A stretch of 64,000 bases of DNA, from assembly GCF_006345805.1 (NCBI RefSeq), contig NC_043009.1, positions 20,150,001-20,214,000 of the forward strand, written 5' to 3'. The translations under genes and the position numbers were made by a program. The DNA is from Octopus sinensis. Its lineage: Eukaryota. The notes under the pieces are model-generated. The model did not search any database and was not told the DNA's origin. It saw only the letters and a program-made list of their open reading frames with translations. This document shows positions 22,491-34,135 of the stretch, piece by piece. Each line of letters starts with the position of its first letter. Within the stretch, counting starts at the first letter, position 1.

Positions 22491-23588
22491 CATATTACTC
22501 TACCACTGGTATTTGAGTACTCTTTTTTTTCCACCTTGTTTCACATTTATGTGTTTACTCCGGTGTATATATATACATACACACAGTGTGTGCAAGAAAG
22601 AGAAAAGAAAACGGTGTAAGAGAAATAAATTTGAACTATCCCAGTTTAGGATGTATGTCATGGGTACATACAGTGAAAGAGGTTTAATAAGAGCACAAAA
22701 GAAGTGGAGAAAATGAGAGGGGGAGGAGATAGCATTAAACTGAACTTTCCTAAAATCTGTCATTTTTGTTCATCCTTGAAATGAAAATCCTTTGTGCAAA
22801 GTAGGTTTGATCCTGTATTCAAGCAGTGTTATTTGCATTTTTTTCTTTCTTAGACACATCTGCATGAAATGAGTGAACAAATTTCGTATTTTACTTGCTG
22901 TGTCTGAGGAAAGTGGTAGGGGGCCATGTCTTCTACAGTCACTCCAAGGCCAGTGAGTTTGAGGTCCTTAATGTTCTTGAACCCTACTGGGAGGGAATTC
23001 AATGTACTGAAGTGGTGGAGATGTTGGAAGCAAGTTCTCTACATTGACTTTGTCTTGTATAGAAATTAGTGGCAACACATCGAGACATTCTGAGGAGAGT
23101 TTAGTAAGATGAAAATGCCTGATGAGATGAAATGAGCTGTGCTAACTTTGATAAGTAGAGGCCATTACAGTAGTGGTAAATAAGGCAAAGAGAGGACACA
23201 GTGTACCTGAGGGTCAGTGGTTGAGTATGTCTGTGTGTGATTTTATACCAATTGGCTGAGTGGCTCTTCAGGATGTGTCTGTGTACAGTCAAAACAGCAA
23301 CACTATCATGGGCCTCACTTGAGCTTTATAAAGTATGATCCCAGCTGTGTTAAGGATGTTTTCATCAGGAGAAATCCTCAATGACTGAGCCAACAACTGG
23401 AGTGATTATGAGGGGTAGAAACAATATTTTTTTTGATTAACATTTGAGTTTTGTTGCTTTTGAGAGAGATAGGATTAACTTATCTCCATCAAGGGGAGGC
23501 TTTTGAGGTCTCTGGTCATGGAGTCGGTGTAGGTTTGGTATCTGAGTTGTGAGTGGAGGATGTTAGGGGAAGAATAGTGATGCCATAC

Positions 23589-24209
23589 TTTTATGTTCCA
23601 AACTCTTACACCAACTCTGTCGTTGAAATCTTAAAGCTGTGAAATAATGCATAATTCAAAACTGAATAAATATGAATTATTCCTTCACAAAGTAATTAAT
23701 GCTTTATAAAAAGACCTCTGAAACTTCAATTAACTATCAATAAAATTGTGAAATCAATTTCACTGTCATCTAACACTGTTACCTTCCCCATTCTCTTCTA
23801 TGGAAGGACAAGTCATTAATACAAAGAAAGAGAATGGGGAAGGTAACAGTGTTAGATGACAGTGAAATTGATTGAATGAAGGGCAAAACGGGTTGAAGCC
23901 TGAAATGATAGCGAATTAATAGGAAGAAATGGATGAAAAGGATATTAAGGCAAAGCCCAGGCAACTTCAATTGGAGATTCCCATATGAGACCTGGTCGAA
24001 AGCTTTGTTCAGTGACAACACTGCTTTCACAATTTTATTGATAGTTAATTGAAGTTTCAGAGGTCTTTTATAAAGCATTGTTCTGAGATCTTGTGTTTAA
24101 TTACTTTGTGAAGGAATAATTCATATTTATTCAGTTTTGAATTATGCATTATTTCACAGCTTTAAGATTTCAACGACATAGAGTTGGTGTAAGAGTTTGG
24201 AACATAAAA
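23589..24209. repeat. Nested inverted duplication (outer arms 23589-23753 / 24025-24209; inner arms 23754-23797 / 23828-23871)
   Basis: Outer arms near-identical except a ~20-bp insertion in the right arm; inner 44-bp arms perfect. Confidence 0.9.
23810..24060 (-). mobile_element. CR1/Jockey-like LINE RT fragment
   Basis: VLSLNKAFDQVSYGNLQLKL...FPILFLCINDL corresponds to the D..KAFD.V.H..LL.KL and P.LF..YINDL RT motifs. Confidence 0.6.
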
Positions 24210-25589
24210 TGGGTTGAATATTTGCTGAATGCTAAAGGGTTGAAAAAAACAAAAAAAAATTTCAATTTGTTTGACACTTCCTCTACAACGAAGATTTAAT
24301 CGCTTTGTAAAACAAACTGAATTTGTTTTTAAACGATCGTGTATGATGTAATGACTTCAGACTTAAAGTATATTATATGGGGTGTGGAATGTAGAAGAGA
24401 GGCTCCTGGTGGACTGTTAACTGTAGTATGGTGACGAATGTTGAGGATATATTTTGACTTCTCTGGGTAAGGATTGTTTCTTACTCGGGAACAAGGGTAG
24501 CAATCTGCAGGGGAAGGAGATTAGTCGATTACATTGACCCCGCCCCCAATATTTGATTTGTACTTTTATTTTATCAGTCGCAAACATTGACTCGGGGGCT
24601 ACTTGAACTTAAACCGTAAAGAGAAACCTAAAACAATGCATTTCCCCTCACTAAACATTGTGCCAAATGAATGAACGAACTAATGATAATGGTTTTAAAT
24701 TTTGGCCTAAGGCCGACAATTTTGTTGGGAGAAGTTGAGTTGATTAAATCGATCCCGAAAGAACGAAAGTCAAAAATCGACCTCGGTGGAATTTGAATTC
24801 TAAACGTAAAGACCACGACATACCACTATTTTCCCGGCATGCTAACAATTCTGCCAGCTCCCCGCCTTAATCGGTAACAATATTGTTAAATTATCGAATC
24901 ATTTAGTCAGATTAAAGAGAAATCCAAAATTAGTCAATAAGGGAGATAACTTTATTAAAGTCTGAGTTATCTCCCATGGAATGTTGCAGTATTAACAGTA
25001 ATTTTATGGAACACGAGAACATCGAAGAATTCCCATGAAGGTCACCGCCCAAGGTCAATATATAGGACACTACACAGGGTCATCTAGGTATGATGACGCC
25101 GATCCTAAAATCACTAATAGTTTTCCTTTTTCTGTTAATTCATTGAGCTAGGGGCCATTGGCCCTTGAAGGTCTTCCCAAACTTGTGAAAATAACTTCGT
25201 TAATAGTTGAAACGTGTGACAGGGTTAACACACGCCTTGCTCCCATCCAATATCATCAATAGTCCGTATATATCATACAATCTGCCCTTTACACTGACAG
25301 AGAAACCCTTTGTTAATAGCAGAGGTTATAGGTTCCTCAATATTTCTCGACCTTGTTTTTAGTGAGGTTGCCTTACTTGCAGAACACCCACCTCCCTTGA
25401 TAAGTTTACCTTGGCAACCGAAGCTGTTGGCTATTTATAGGGAGTCTTCTCAGCATGTCAGGGAATCTAGGTCACGTGTACTTGTACACATAGCTCTATA
25501 CGTCTACCTGTATGTTGATGCCTAAGAACAATGTTACTTAACTGGTGTCTTTTAATGTACCAGTGTTGGAAAATAGGAATCAATGAAAT

Positions 25590-25720
25590 AAGTTCAAGAC
25601 TGAAATAAATATATGGTCAATGTTATTGAGGGGCAACCCTGGAAGGTGGTGATCCAGTGAGGCCGAAGTCCAATAATTGAAATCACCAAGAGTCCAGATT
25701 TTACAAAAAATTCCATTCAG
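25590..25720 (-). mobile_element. Possible LINE APE endonuclease fragment
   Basis: IWTLGDFNYW...NNIDHIFIS resembles the APE GDFN and .DHIF motifs. Confidence 0.35.
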
Positions 25721-26422
25721 ATTTTTTATTGAAAAAAGAAAAAAAAAAGTAAGTGGTACTGTAGGAAATACGACCGTATGTGGAGGTTGGCGAGATAGGT
25801 AAGTCACACGGTCGCATCCCTAACGAAATAAGATAAGCCATAAATACAATGCAGTGCCAACAGAATATAGATGAATTGACGACAAGCCGTTCCACTGTTT
25901 GAGAGAAGATAAGATTTTATTTACAATGGTGTTAATGTTAGAAGGTTGTGTGCTAGCAAATGTGTGTGACATACAATAAGGGTGAAAGCGTGTGAGATAG
26001 TAGGTACAGAGCATAGGGTTAATGATGGAAATTGGTTTACAGTTCATAAGGTACACGATATGTTCAATATCAAGATGTGTCTCAGGCGGAGGCCGGTTGG
26101 GCGAATTATTGTCGAGCCGCGGTCGTGGTCTCAATCGGCGAGCGGGTTCTCTTCATATAGAATTCTTCAGATGGACTGTTTCTACTTGGTGAAAGGATTC
26201 ACTCTAACAGCGTGGTTCTGTGAAGTTGGTGTGTACATGTCTGAAGTGGACGATAGTGATGGTGACGACAGCGGCGGAGATAGAAGGCTCTCTGTGGTGA
26301 GTGTACATTAGCGTCGTCGTGGGTGATCGTCTGTCGCTGTGACTGGAACATGTTGAGTAGCTCTGTGGTCAGAGGTTTAGTTGAGTCACTTGTGCTTATT
26401 TTTCTCTTGATATAGATATTCT

Positions 26423-28361
26423 GGTTAATATAGGGCATTACGCATATCAGAAAATCAAAAAAAAATGTGTGTAATAGGTGTAAAACAACTTCCTATGAAC
26501 GAATATGAAAAAAAAAATTCGCGCGCGCGAAAGGGGGGTGGGGGAAAGGCCTCGGAAAATTCACATCGGGAAGTTCCGAAAGCGTCTGAGGGGCTGACCC
26601 GGGCACCAAAACAAAAAAAAAATAGTGTAATATGTGTAAAACAACTTGCTCTAAACGAATATGACAAAAAAAAATGCGCTCTCGCGAAAGAGGGGTGGGG
26701 GAGAGGCCTCGGAAAATTTATATCGGGAATTTCCGAAAGCGTCTGACCCGGGCACAAAAACAAAAACAGCGTAATAGGTGTAAAACAACTTGCTCTAAAC
26801 GACTATCATGAAAAAAATGCGCACTCGCGAAATGGGGGTGGGGGAGAGGCTTCGGAAATTTCCCATCTTCAGTCCACGGCCTTTAAACTAAGAAAAAATA
26901 GTGTAATTGGTGTAAAACTACTTGTTCTAAACGAGTATCAAGAACACACACTCACACATGAATCATAAACTCCGTATTTTTGTACATATTTCGCAAAAAA
27001 AAAAAATAAATAAAGAGAAGAAATTCTGGACAAAGTGAAGAAATGTTGGATCTCCGCCATGTGAATCAAAATACGTGTCAGAAACATCTTGAAATACTAC
27101 AGAAATTATGTTACGAAAATGATAATGTATACATATCTCTTTGAGTGGTCCATCGACAATGATGATAAAGAAATGAGTTGGATTTGAACTCAGAATATTG
27201 ACTAACACAACTACATACTACAAGACTCAAAATATTCAGCCAAGTCACCACCCTTTAACTAGCAATAATAATAACATCAATAACATAACAGCCAAAAGAT
27301 TTATTTGTTCTGAAAATAACAATCATAGTAAATAAATATGTTCTTTAATATTCACATTCATGTGCACAGTTAAACACACTTACATACAAACAGTCACGCA
27401 TGCATAATACAGAACGGAACACATAAATGAAGGATGCATTACTTAGTATATATTACATCTAGAGAATTTTGATTAATACGTCAAATATGCAAATTATAAA
27501 GATAATTAATTGCTTTACTAAACAGTGTTGTAAAGGTGAAAAAATAAATTTGGGAAAAAAATACACGCCAAAACTAATTAATAAAGGATAATTAGGGAAG
27601 GATTGACACAAAATAATTATTTTTTCTGATAAATGCATCTTAATAAGTGAGAAGAATTGCATATATCTGAACTATTTCAAAGAAAAGCATAAATTTAATG
27701 TTTAAAATAGCTTTAACCAAGCAATGAGATCCAACATTTCTTCACTTTTTCCAGAATTTCTTCTCTTTATTATTTTTTTTTTTTGCGAAATATGTACAAA
27801 AATACGGAGTTTATGATTCATGTGTGAGTGTGTGTTCTTGATACTCGTTTAGAACAAGTAGTTTTACACCAATTACACTATTTTTTCTTAGTTTAAAGGC
27901 CGTGGACTGAAGATGTGAAATTTCCGAAGCCTCTCCCCCACCCCCCTTTCGCGAGCGCGCATTTTTTTCATGATAGTCGTTTAGAGCAAGTTGTTTTACA
28001 CATATTACACTATTTTTTTTTTGTTTTGGTGCCCGGGTCAGACGCTTTCGGAAATTCCCGATATAAATTTTCCGAGGCCTCTCCGCCACCCCTCTTTCGC
28101 GAGAGCGCATTTTTTTTGTCATATTCGTTTAGAGCAAGTTGTTTTACACATATTACACTATTTTTTTTTTGTTTTGGTGCCCGGGTCAGCCCCTCAGACG
28201 CTTTCGGAACTTCCCGATGTGAATTTTCCGAGGCCTCTCCCCCACCCCCCTTTCGCGTGCGCGAATTTTTTTTTTCATATTCGTTCATAGGAAGTTGTTT
28301 TACACCTATTACACACATTTTTTTTTTGATTTTCTGATATGCGTAACGCCCTATATTAACC
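26423..28361. mobile_element. Foldback-type DNA transposon, 1939 bp, ~630-bp modular TIRs, 8-bp TSD
   Basis: TIRs 26423-27054 and 27726-28361 start with GGTTAATATAGGGC; TSD GATATTCT at 26415-26422 and 28362-28369; each TIR holds ~3.3 tandem 130-155-bp subunits; AT-rich 671-bp core with no recognisable transposase. Confidence 0.92.
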
Positions 28362-28704
28362 GATATTCTTTCAGATATATATACTGCAACTGTTTTTCCG
28401 TGGTGAGATTTTCACACTAACAGCATGAGTTGAATCTGTGTTTATCTTGTGTACAAGTTAAATCTTCGTAGATAGAGACGATGTTGGCGATGACGTTATG
28501 TCTGCCGCTTGGTTTACTATAGCGTCTTCATATTATGTTTTGCTTAGTTGTCGTCTGCCTTTCAAACTGGAACATGGTTGAGTATGCTCTGTGTGGTCTC
28601 CGACTAAGACCTTAAAAGGTCTTAAGCCAAAAGACAGTGAATCGTGCTATATCAGGCTATTTAAAGAGTTAAGATGGCTCAAATGAAAAGTCCTATCCGA
28701 AAGC

Positions 28705-28776
28705 TGTGATTGGTCAGTTTACACACTGGCACGAAGTAAGTATAGAGACAGACCGCGCTTAGATGCTAACCAATCA
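28705..28776 (+). promoter_or_regulatory. Two opposed CCAAT boxes and a donor-like GTAAGT (possible upstream non-coding exon)
   Basis: ATTGG 28709-28713, GTAAGT 28736-28741, CCAAT 28770-28774 in a CpG-containing patch. Confidence 0.2.
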
Positions 28777-29174
28777 AAATAGTGGACACAACAACGTTAA
28801 ACTAGCCAAAGATGTTTGTAATCTCAAACGAGATCATTCTTAATATTTTTCTCAAACAGTGAAGATAGCAATGAAGAAAACAATATTGCTACAGTACTAT
28901 ATGGTTTTTGATCACCTTTTCTAATCTGACTGCAGAGAGGGGTGGGGCAGTGCTGCAGTCTCATGGTTCACCTTGATACCTTCTCAGAGTGCATGTGTGG
29001 TATTGGTGATGGGTTGATGACAACTAGGGGTCATTACATTGTTTTAGTGTTGCTGAGTTTCTTCAAATTCTTCCAAGGAGCAAGCCCAATGGGATTACTA
29101 ATTGAGCCAATGATGACCTAGTCATGAAATGGATTTTGTGTTCCATGTTGTTGCTGACAGCATATTGTTGATGC

Positions 29175-29401
29175 AAGGCAGTGAGCTGGCAGAAACGTTA
29201 GCATGCCGGGTGAAATGCTTAGCCGTATTTTGTCTGCCGTTAACGTTCTGAGTTCAAATTCCGTTGAGGTCTACTTTGCCTTTCATCCTTTCAGGGTCGA
29301 TAAATTAAGTACCAGTTACACACTGGTGTCGATGTAATCGACTTAATCCGTTTGTTTGTCCCCTCTATGTTTAGCCCCTTGTGTGTAATAAAGAAACAGA
29401 T
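29175..29401 (+). mobile_element. Full-length tRNA-type SINE, family B, 16-bp TSD
   Basis: B-box-like GAGTTCAAATTCC, 3' AATAAAGAAA; TSD AGCATATTGTTGATGC at 29159-29174 and 29402-29417. Confidence 0.9.
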
Positions 29402-29913
29402 AGCATATTGTTGATGCTTCATAGTGGTTCAACAAAATGCGATCAATAAAATGAATATCTGAGCATTAAGTTTTGGAGTTGAGATAAATGACTAAGGCTG
29501 ATACCTCAGTTGATGAGGTTTTTCATTGTAGCACCTTTGTCATATATTCATCACACCAAGAGACGCAGTTTAATGACCACACTATCAATACATTTTCCAC
29601 ACTTCTTCTACATCTCATTGTCCTTTTGACTTGGTATGAGTTTGAAACATAGTTTAGTTTAGAAAGTCTTGTCGACATGTTTTTACTCACAAATTAGTGA
29701 CTTCTCATGAAAATCCAAGGGTGATATGTGTTTGATTTTATCATAAAATTAGTTTTTCCTTGGACTTTAAAAGGTGCCAGGCATGTCTTTAATCAGTATG
29801 TTCAGTTTTGTTACTTGCAGCAAACACTATTGAAACTTTAGATCTTTCTCTTTATCATTTAATAAATGATAAAACACACACGTAAATATATATATATATA
29901 CATATGAAATATA

Positions 29914-30462
29914 CGAGGGTGAGTCAAAAAGTAATGCCATTTTGTTTAGGACAGGTATAATTACCAACACAGGAACATGTATCATACATCAAAATGAAGC
30001 TTATGAGTTTATTGTTTTTTCTTTTGGCAAGAAATCAACCAGAATGACACTTTGAGCATCCCAAAAGACAGTCACCATTATTTTTCCAGTTGAATTTTGC
30101 GCCTTGAACTTTTCTGGCGGTGGTCATGTAGAGTGGTGCCATTCCATTGACTGCTTCTTTGATTCTAGTTTATAATGATGAACCCATGTTTCATTACCTG
30201 TTATGAGCCTTCAAAAGGTGTTGTCTCTTTGACTTTGTAGTGAAGAAGTGATTCAAAGAACAGTCAACAGAATTTTACAGGGCAGGGATACATGCTCTCA
30301 TTCGAAGGTGGAACATTGCTATTGAGAGAAATGGTGACTATGTTGAGAAGTAGGGATGTGATCCACAGAGGACCAGCTTTATTTTGATGAATGATACATG
30401 TTCCTCTGTTGGTAATTATACTCGTCCTAAACAAAATGGCATTACTTTTTGACTCTCCCTCA
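29914..30462. mobile_element. Mariner deletion derivative with ~85-bp TIRs and TA TSD
   Basis: TA|CGAGGGTGAGTCAAAAAGTAATGCC...GGCATTACTTTTTGACTCTCCCTCA|TA; internal ITGNETWVHHY..W..GKIMVTVFWD (minus) and GIHALIRRW..GDYVEK* (plus). Confidence 0.9.
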
Positions 30463-30499
30463 TATATACATCAAAATCAAATCAAATCACAATCAAATG

Positions 30500-30830
30500 G
30501 AAATTGTAGTTGTGATCCCCGTGCTGGTGGCATGTAAAAAGCACCATCTGAATGTGGCCAATGCCAGTGCTGCCTCGACTGGTTTCCATACTGGTGGCAT
30601 GTAAAAAGCGCCAGCCGATCGTGGTTGAAGCCTGGCCCCTGTGTCGGTAGCATGTAAAAAAAGGCATGCACTACAATCTCGGAGTAGTTGGTGTTAGGAA
30701 GGGCATCCAGCTGTAGAAACTTTGCCAGATCAGACTGGAGCCAGGCACAGCCTCCTGGCTTCCCAAACCCCAGTCAAACCATCCAACCCATGCCAGCATG
30801 GAAAACAGATGTTAAACGATGATGATGATA
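30500..30830 (+). mobile_element. RTE 3' UTR/tail fragment
   Basis: Three GGTGGCATGTAAAAAGC repeats, then the conserved tail and (GAT)n. Confidence 0.8.
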
Positions 30831-30866
30831 TGAGGTAACCAAAAACAAATGGATAACTTAAAACAA

Positions 30867-31263
30867 GGCGCAGGAGTGGCTGTGTGGTAAGTAGCTTGCT
30901 TACCAACCACATGGTTCCGGGTTCAGTCCCACTGCGTGACATCTTGGGCAAGTGTCTTCTGCTATAGCCTCGGGCCAACCAATGCCTTGTGAGTGGATTT
31001 GGTAGATGGAAACTGAAAGAAGCCTGTCGTATATATGTATATATATATATATATATGTATGTTTGTGTGTCTGTGTTTGTCCCCCTAGCATTGCTTGACA
31101 ACCGATGCTGGTGTGTTTACGTCCCCATCTCTTAGCAGTTCGGCAAAAGAGACCGATAGAATAAGTACTGGGCTTACAAACAATAAGTTCCGGGGTCGAT
31201 TTGCTCGACTAAAGGCGGTGCTCCAGCATGGCTGCAGTCAAATGGCTGAAACAAGTAAAAGAG
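30867..31263 (+). mobile_element. Full-length tRNA-type SINE, family A (internal TA/TG microsatellite)
   Basis: GGCGCAGGAGTGGCTGTGTGG A-box-like head, GGTTCAGTCCC B box, CTTGGGCAAGT core, GAAACAAGTAAAAGAG tail. Confidence 0.9.
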
Positions 31264-31612
31264 AAAAACAAAATCACTACATGTTTCAAAAACATAGCTT
31301 AATTCAAATACCAAGGTATTTCGGACCCATGACCAACTGCTTAACTCAGCATACACTGTTAAAGTGACCAGTTAAATTCCCTACATTGTTTAGGAGTGAT
31401 CTGTTTAGTCAAAGAGAGATGAAAGTGCTTCTAAAGCTACTTTGTCACGACCTATTTGATCCCACTGTATTTTATATATATGTATCTTTGTGACAGTGAG
31501 TGTACAAATTATACGTGATGTTATTCACAGTATAGGTTAAATACATTTGTTACTTGGTGGTCAGCAAAGTAAACGACTTTTCAACATTTCTACAAAATAG
31601 AGACATAATATA

Positions 31613-32257
31613 GGTGCAGGAGTGGCTGTGTGGTAAATTAGCTTGCTTAGCAACCACATAGCTCCGGGTTCAGTCCCACTGCGTGGCACCTTGAGCAAGT
31701 GTCTTCTACTATAGCCTCAGACCGACCAAAGCCTTGTGAGTGGATTTGGTAGACGGAAACTGAAAGAAGCCTGTCGCATATATGTATATGTTTGTGTGTC
31801 TGTGTTTGTCCCCCCAACATCGCTTGACAACAGATGCTGGTGTGTTTACATCCCTGTAACTTAGCTGTTCGGCAAAAGAGACCGATAGAATAAGTACTAG
31901 GCTTACAAAGAATAAGTCCTGGGGTCGATTTGCTCGACTAAAGGCGGTGCAGAAAATAGATTCCGTCAACTGCCAGTGGGGTAAGCTAGAGGTAGTAGAT
32001 AGCTTCCATTATGTAGGTGATCAAGTTAGTAGTGGAGGTGGATGTTCCGAGAGCATAGCTGTGAGAATAAGATAAGGCTGGGCAAAGTTCAGAGATCTCC
32101 TACCCCTGCTGGCAACAAAGGGCCTTTCTCTTAGAGTGAAAGGCAGACTGCATGCAAACATCTCTGCTACATGGTAGTGAAACATGGGCTGTGACAGCTG
32201 AGGACATGCACAGGCTTGAAAGAAATGTGGAAAATTACTGAAACAAGTAAAAGAGAG
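31613..32257 (+). mobile_element. SINE family A copy carrying a 281-bp RTE-derived insert
   Basis: SINE body to 31950, RTE segment 31947-32227, SINE tail resumes at ~32237. Confidence 0.85.
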
Positions 32258-32761
32258 TATAATGGATATTTCACAGCAGCTGCATCAGAGAGAGAGAGAG
32301 CTTCTATAGATTTATAATTAAAAGAAACTGCAGTTGAATTCAGAGACATTCCACACCAAATGTTTTATAATTGGGGAGATGAAGCTGGGGCAGAAATCAG
32401 CTTCAAAAATATTTTGAATTCATTTAGAAAATAAAATTTAGAAAGAAAAAAAAACAGCTAAAGAAAGCAAAACACATGCTTGGTGTTAATTACCTCTACT
32501 TGTCCAGTTCAACAGGAATTAATGATTGCCCATCTTCCTCCAGTCCAATTATAGTTAGTGTTAATTACCTGTATTTTCTCCCAGTTTAATGTTAATTATA
32601 GGTCCATTTTAATTAGTATAAATTAAGAGTATGTTAGAGTTATGTCCCTTGGGTTGCTAAACGGAACTTGGTGTCAAAGACAAATGTTAAGCGACACGAA
32701 GATGTCAGTATCATTCGGAGAACAACAAACTTTGCACAAACTCCAATTCTAGCACGAGATT

Positions 32762-32933
32762 ATGGCTCTGTCCAAGACACGTAACGCTGTAAAGAAGTTG
32801 TTTGGTAAATATTTATTGTTGACTAATACGGTCACATGTGGTGGTTTGTTGGCTGTTGGTGATGCTATTACTCAGAAAATCGAACATTTGGGACACGATT
32901 CTTCAACTTTTAAATATGATTGGCCTCGGACAG
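32762..32933 (+). CDS. MPV17L2: MPV17L2 / Mpv17-PMP22 family, coding exon 1
   Basis: MALSKTRNAVKKLFGKYLLLTNTVTCGGLLAVGDAITQ..YDWPRT G|gtaaag (phase 1); the LF.KYLL.TN...GD...Q..R motif is typical of MPV17L2. Confidence 0.88.
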
Positions 32934-34135
32934 GTAAAGTGATTGAAGTTGAAAATATTTCTTTTACTGCCAGTAATAAGGGAAACTATGTATATATGTA
33001 ACGACTTAAAGTTTCGAATTCATAATTGTAAAAAAAAATCATTTGTAATTAGAGGGACATTGCTAACGGTCCACGTGTAATTAAAGGTTAAATCAACCTG
33101 AAAACCAAACAGTTGGTGCAACATGGTCACTAAAGGATTTTTTTCTCCATTGTCGGTGAAATACAATTTAGATTGCAATGTTGTTATTTTTCTTTTAAAA
33201 AATCTTTTTTTATTTAAGAAAATACATAATTTACAAAATTGATAATAACAATGAAAAGAAACAAAAGAATAAATTCACTCTTCGACTTTTTAAAATTTCT
33301 ATTTTCCTCTAAAAATTTTCGACCACAAACACTCGTGGCAATACCGTCGGTGACCGCGAGGCTGAGAAAATAGAAACAGCCAAGCGCCGTTACGTGATTA
33401 TCAGCAACACAAATCTAAGGAAATACGTGGTTAATTGTGTGTATGTGCTTGATGTGTTTAATACATGCGCAAGGTTCAGTACACAATGTACATTTAAAGC
33501 ATGTAATTAATTTTTTTTTTTTTTATTAATTAGAACTGTATCATCCACTAAAACTGGAAACCAAGGACAACGAGGTGAAACTAATGCAGTTAATAATTCT
33601 GTGTGCAGAAATTTTTGTTTTCGATGGATGCACGGCTTAAATGGATGAAGTTTTTTGTAAAAATGAAAATAAAAGTAGAATATGAAAAAAAAAAAAAACG
33701 ATTACGTTTGGTGCCGGTAAATAGAAATAAATTTCGTTGCTAGGGAGAAGATTGAGTTTTTTTTTGTTTTTTTTTTAGGGAAGAATTGTCTGCAGAGAGT
33801 TAGGAAAAAGATCAATGGAATGTATTGACGTTGCAGTGAATAAGTTGTTGAATGAAAGACTTCACAGAAATACTCGTTATTTTGGGATGTGGCCCACAAT
33901 ATACATAGACATTTATCTAAATTAAAGTTGTACAAATGACTCGGTTCATAATTTATTGATGTCGCCACTCTGGAATTTGGGACCAATTTTAACCCTACGT
34001 TACTCTGTCAAGTGCTTATTCATTCACATTGTTCTGAATTATGTACAAAAGTAATGAACTTTTATACACTGTTTGGGTACAATTAATCCTGCATCACCTC
34101 ATAGCTTTCAGATTTCGAAGATGCAGTTGTTCATT

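Noticed and set aside
23119-23132. CTGATGA-GAT-GAAA
   Set aside because: No stem II or stem I complementarity; chance match.
26455-28337. Several ~100-140-aa ORFs in the foldback TIRs, and a CRISPR-like repeat reading
   Set aside because: ORFs mirror the tandem subunits with no domain; subunits are long, diverged and lack unique spacers.
30867-30940. tRNA gene reading of SINE heads
   Set aside because: A/B-box-like motifs are present but there is no cloverleaf, and they continue into SINE body sequence.
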